Part shown: one piece after another, positions 34,011 through 34,162 of the stretch
How positions within the stretch are numbered: position 1 is the first letter of the stretch
Layout of the letters: every line of letters begins with the position of its first letter
From: Octopus bimaculoides
Lineage: Eukaryota
Assembly (NCBI RefSeq): GCF_001194135.2
Contig: NC_069000.1
Location: 33,997,428-34,031,589 of the forward strand
Direction: 5' to 3'
DNA length: 34,162 nt
Translations under genes and position numbers: made by a program
Notes under the pieces: model-generated
What the model was told of the DNA's origin: nothing
The model's input: only the letters and a program-made list of their open reading frames with translations
Database searches by the model: none

Positions 34011-34162
34011 CATCATCATCATCATCATCATCGTTTAACGTCCGCTTTCCATGCTAGCATGGGTTGGACGATTTGACTGAGGACTGGTGAAACCGGATGG
34101 CAACACCAGGCTCCAGTCTGATTTGGCAGAGTTTCTACAGCTGGATGCCCTTCCTAACGCCA
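34011..34162 (-). mobile_element. Young RTE 3' tail running off the window end
   Basis: (CAT)7 followed by cgtttaacgtccgctttccatgctagcatgggttggacg...; nearly identical to 18955-19107. Confidence 0.9.

Overview
This is AT-rich, intron-rich animal genomic DNA with five N-gaps. The tRNA-SINE, RTE and Penelope repeat families point to a coleoid cephalopod, probably Octopus; that assignment is an inference. The minus strand carries 17 consecutive internal coding exons (33348 down to 7024) of the deubiquitinase USP32. I spliced them by hand: all introns are GT-AG, all phases are compatible, and the total is 2160 nt (about 720 codons) with no stop. They encode EF-hands, a split DUSP domain, the UBL region, the Cys box ([12 protein letters not shown]), QQDSQE and the first zinc-ribbon CxxC. 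Both ends of the gene lie outside the window, and most exons are absent from the ORF track. The introns contain RTE LINE fragments, two Penelope-like (GIY-YIG) remnants, mariner/maT/pogo-type remnants, tRNA-derived SINEs, several fold-back elements, a degenerate ~190-bp tandem repeat and microsatellites. I found no convincing wholly new system. The best leads are a C4HC3 PHD finger inside an RTE reverse transcriptase, an apparent shift in which USP32 EF-hand loop is canonical, a nested RTE-tail/Penelope chimeric ORF with an intact-looking GIY-YIG domain, a CpG-decayed hammerhead-like motif after a Penelope, and dense intronic dsRNA-forming potential.
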